Below, piece by piece: positions 32,639 to 33,942 of a stretch of DNA of 33,942 nt; position 1 is the stretch's first letter, and each line of letters begins with the position of its first letter. A model generated the notes under the pieces. The model worked only from the letters and a program-made list of their open reading frames with translations. It was not told where the DNA came from and ran no database searches. Made by a program: the position numbers and the translations under genes. Origin of the DNA: a virus; IMG/VR virus record IMGVR_UViG_3300045988_153030; one strand, given 5' to 3'.

Positions 32639-32803
32639 ATGAATGCCATGATGATGATTGAACGCTGGCCCGATCATGGGGCCGAGATTCAGGTCTATGA
32701 ACTGACACCGGAGGAGGCATACAGGCAGAGCCGGAAAGACAACCGGACGCGCCGGTGGGCTATTATCCGATGCACGATCCGGCGGTGGCTGGGAATGAAA
32801 TAG
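32639..32803 (+). CDS. possible 54-aa ORF, too short for the ORF track
   Basis: ATG at 32639, 2 nt after the previous stop. MNAMMMIERWPDHGAEIQVYELTPEEAYRQ... with mostly G/C-ending codons. Confidence 0.3.
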   Translation: MNAMMMIERWPDHGAEIQVYELTPEEAYRQSRKDNRTRRWAIIRCTIRRWLGMK

Positions 32804-33274
32804 CAATCCGGGTGCGTGGTGGAACAATGAGATACACGGGAATCTGAAGCGGTCGAACGCAAAAGGACTGGTCGAAATAGTCGAGAGGTTGCAAATCCTC
32901 GTACCGGTCGCCCAAAACCGCATGGCAGGGATGCCGATCGGGTAATAAGTTCAAGAGACGTAACGTCGTTCCCCGATCAATCGACAATGAAAGCGTTGCA
33001 GGTGCAAGTCCTGCCGCACCCTCAAATAGCCACCCTTCGAGGTGAGGGGTCTATCGCTGGCAATAACCCCACAGCAAAGCGATGCGGCAGTTCTTTGACA
33101 TTGTGGCGATCGTCTGAGACGACGTTAAACCCGGAGACCGACTTGGCGGCGACCGGGCGGGCAACCGACAAATACCAATCATCGAGCGATGATGCGGAGC
33201 GATCCGCGGAGCCGAAACGACTTACCCGGTGTGGCTTGACCGCCTATCCGGGTGCAAACCAAAACTACAAGGAT
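32804..33274 (+). other. 471-nt apparently non-coding, hairpin-rich block (candidate structured RNA or recombination/regulatory site)
   Basis: No convincing ORF. A three-way-junction-like set of helices lies at 33011-33090, with adjacent hairpins at 33178-33193 and 33194-33207 (GCGA loop). Confidence 0.3.
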
Positions 33275-33502
33275 ATGGCACGAAACCCACAACGCGAAAT
33301 CCTCGCCTACCTGCTGGCGGGCGGGAGGCTGACGGTACAGAAGGCATCGCGACTGTTCGAGACCACCGAGCTGCGGAAGATCGTCAGCCGGTTGCGGCGC
33401 CGGGGACAGCCGATCGAGGACGTCATGCACTACGACTCGACCCGGACGGGCCGACGGGTCCAGTTCAAGGAATACTTTATCAGACAGGCAACCGGCGCCT
33501 GA
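33275..33502 (+). CDS. small winged-HTH protein (HTH_39-like)
   Basis: EILAYLLAGGRLTVQKASRLFETTELRKIVSRLRRRGQPIEDV, from the internal ATG at 33275 of ORF 32987..33502. Confidence 0.55.
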   Translation: MARNPQREILAYLLAGGRLTVQKASRLFETTELRKIVSRLRRRGQPIEDVMHYDSTRTGRRVQFKEYFIRQATGA

Positions 33503-33542
33503 CAACAGCCGGACACACTTCTGTTTTTATATGTTATTTATC

Positions 33543-33573
33543 CCGCCGCCATCCGTGAGGCCCGCGGCGGTTT
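33543..33573 (+). terminator. GC-rich hairpin directly abutting the tRNA (weak terminator or processing signal)
   Basis: CCGCCGC (33543-33549) pairs with GCGGCGG (33564-33570), followed by only TTT. Confidence 0.3.
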
Positions 33574-33658
33574 GGAGGGTTGGCAGAGTGGCTGAATGCA
33601 CCTCACCGCTAACGAGGCAGGCGGCAACGCCTCGGGGGTTCGAATCCCTCACCCTCCG
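33574..33658 (+). tRNA. type II tRNA, Ser(GCU)-like, with an atypical anticodon arm
   Basis: Hand fold: acceptor GGAGGGT/ACCCTCC, D stem GCA/TGC, anticodon arm CCTCA-CCGCTAA-CGAGG, long variable arm AGGCG-GCAA-CGCCT, T arm GGGGG-TTCGAAT-CCCTC. Confidence 0.65.
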
Positions 33659-33815
33659 CAAAACCCATTTTTGGATTGTGTGTGTTGGGTAAGTAGGACG
33701 ACGATGACGTATGGTGTTTACGCATTTGGATATGCGGTGGCAAAGCGGAAAAGACGCTTGACTTCATCGGACAGGTGACACGAAAACCAATGACAGCCCG
33801 GAAAGACGGGCATTT

Positions 33816-33886
33816 TGACCCTTGGTGTAACGGTAGCACCGCAGACTTTGGTTCTGCTGGCCCCGGTTCGAATCCGGGAGGGTCAA
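33816..33886 (+). tRNA. tRNA-Gln (anticodon UUG)
   Basis: Hand fold: acceptor TGACCCT/AGGGTCA (U1-A72), D stem GTGT/GCAC, anticodon arm GCAGA-CTTTGGT-TCTGC, T arm CCCGG-TTCGAAT-CCGGG. Confidence 0.85.
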
Positions 33887-33887
33887 C

Positions 33888-33942
33888 AAAATATCTGCTA
33901 TATGAAAGAGATAGAATTATTCAACGATCACTTCCAAAACTT
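33888..33942. repeat. 55-nt terminal direct repeat, copy 2
   Basis: Identical to 1-55. It includes the first 41 nt of the methyltransferase ORF. Confidence 0.95.

Noticed and set aside
33114-33218. Hammerhead-like core elements: CTGAGA at 33114-33119 and CGAAAC at 33213-33218.
   Set aside because: The sequences flanking the two boxes cannot form stem II, and the spacing of about 100 nt does not fit. I judge it a coincidental motif match.
32806-33255. The 10-nt direct repeat ATCCGGGTGC at 32806-32815 and 33246-33255 flanking the non-coding block, considered as a target-site duplication or att core.
   Set aside because: A single 10-mer match within about 470 nt of GC-rich sequence is plausible by chance. 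No terminal inverted repeats or mobile-element gene lie between the copies.
32987-33274. The N-terminal 96 aa of ORF 32987..33502.
   Set aside because: Composition is low-complexity and Ser/Thr/Arg/Gly/Ala-rich, and the stretch overlaps the hairpin-rich block. From memory, HTH_39-type proteins are about 70-80 aa, matching a start at 33275. The extension cannot be fully excluded.
33609-33611. CTA within the anticodon loop of the tRNA-Ser-like gene, considered as an amber-suppressor anticodon.
   Set aside because: No 7-nt loop with U33 places CTA at positions 34-36. Register against the D, variable and T arms puts GCT at 34-36.
33596-33839. ORFs 33596..33778 (+) and 33609..33839 (-) between and over the tRNA genes.
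   Set aside because: They overlap the tRNA genes and have no coding-like composition. The spacer contains only short hairpins, for example GCCCG-GAAAGA-CGGGC at 33796-33811.
1-33942. A search by eye for CRISPR arrays, IS or transposase genes, toxin-antitoxin pairs and known defence or anti-defence genes.
   Set aside because: I saw no regularly spaced direct repeats and no transposase, Cas, reverse transcriptase or recognisable toxin motifs. Small early ORFs of unknown function (807-2707, 9240-9930) could still hide anti-defence genes, but the sequence alone gives no support.

Overview
The window is one complete tailed dsDNA phage genome. Its first 55 nt are identical to its last 55 nt (1-55 = 33888-33942), so the unique length is 33,887 bp and the molecule is circular or circularly permuted. 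Every convincing gene is on the + strand except one degenerate integrase remnant. A Bacteroidota host is inferred from TTTG/TAnnTTTG promoter boxes, the lack of Shine-Dalgarno sequences, and DUF4373-type replication and HTH_17-type proteins recognised from memory. Gene order runs as follows. N6/N4 DNA methyltransferase and small early genes (15-2707). Recombination and replication genes (2710-7225): PD-(D/E)XK exonuclease, HNH, DUF4373 initiator, DnaC-like loader, VRR-NUC. A disrupted C5 methyltransferase (7227-8269). MazG-like protein and small Cys-rich proteins. A sigma factor split into two ORFs (10008-10551). Terminase (10873-12457). A tail-chaperone-like gene with an in-phase U_UUU_UUG -1 slippery site (12464-13218). 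Tail and host-recognition genes (13200-20310). The head module of protease-scaffold, capsid and portal (20403-24786). A collagen-like fibre and lectin-like proteins (25303-28026). A lysis cassette (28032-30057). Dam methylase, the integrase remnant and an HTH regulator block (30227-33502). Two tRNAs (33574-33886). I found no known defence system, CRISPR array or reverse transcriptase. The most interesting items are a promoter-hairpin-terminator RNA element at 1266-1466 whose arm is duplicated over the next start codon, the split sigma factor with a shared upstream motif, the candidate programmed frameshift, a 471-nt hairpin-rich non-coding block beside the tRNAs, and an atypical tRNA-Ser-like gene. 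Five genes show frame breaks, two of them at homopolymers, so assembly indels must be excluded before interpreting them. All family names come from motif recognition by eye, not from searches.
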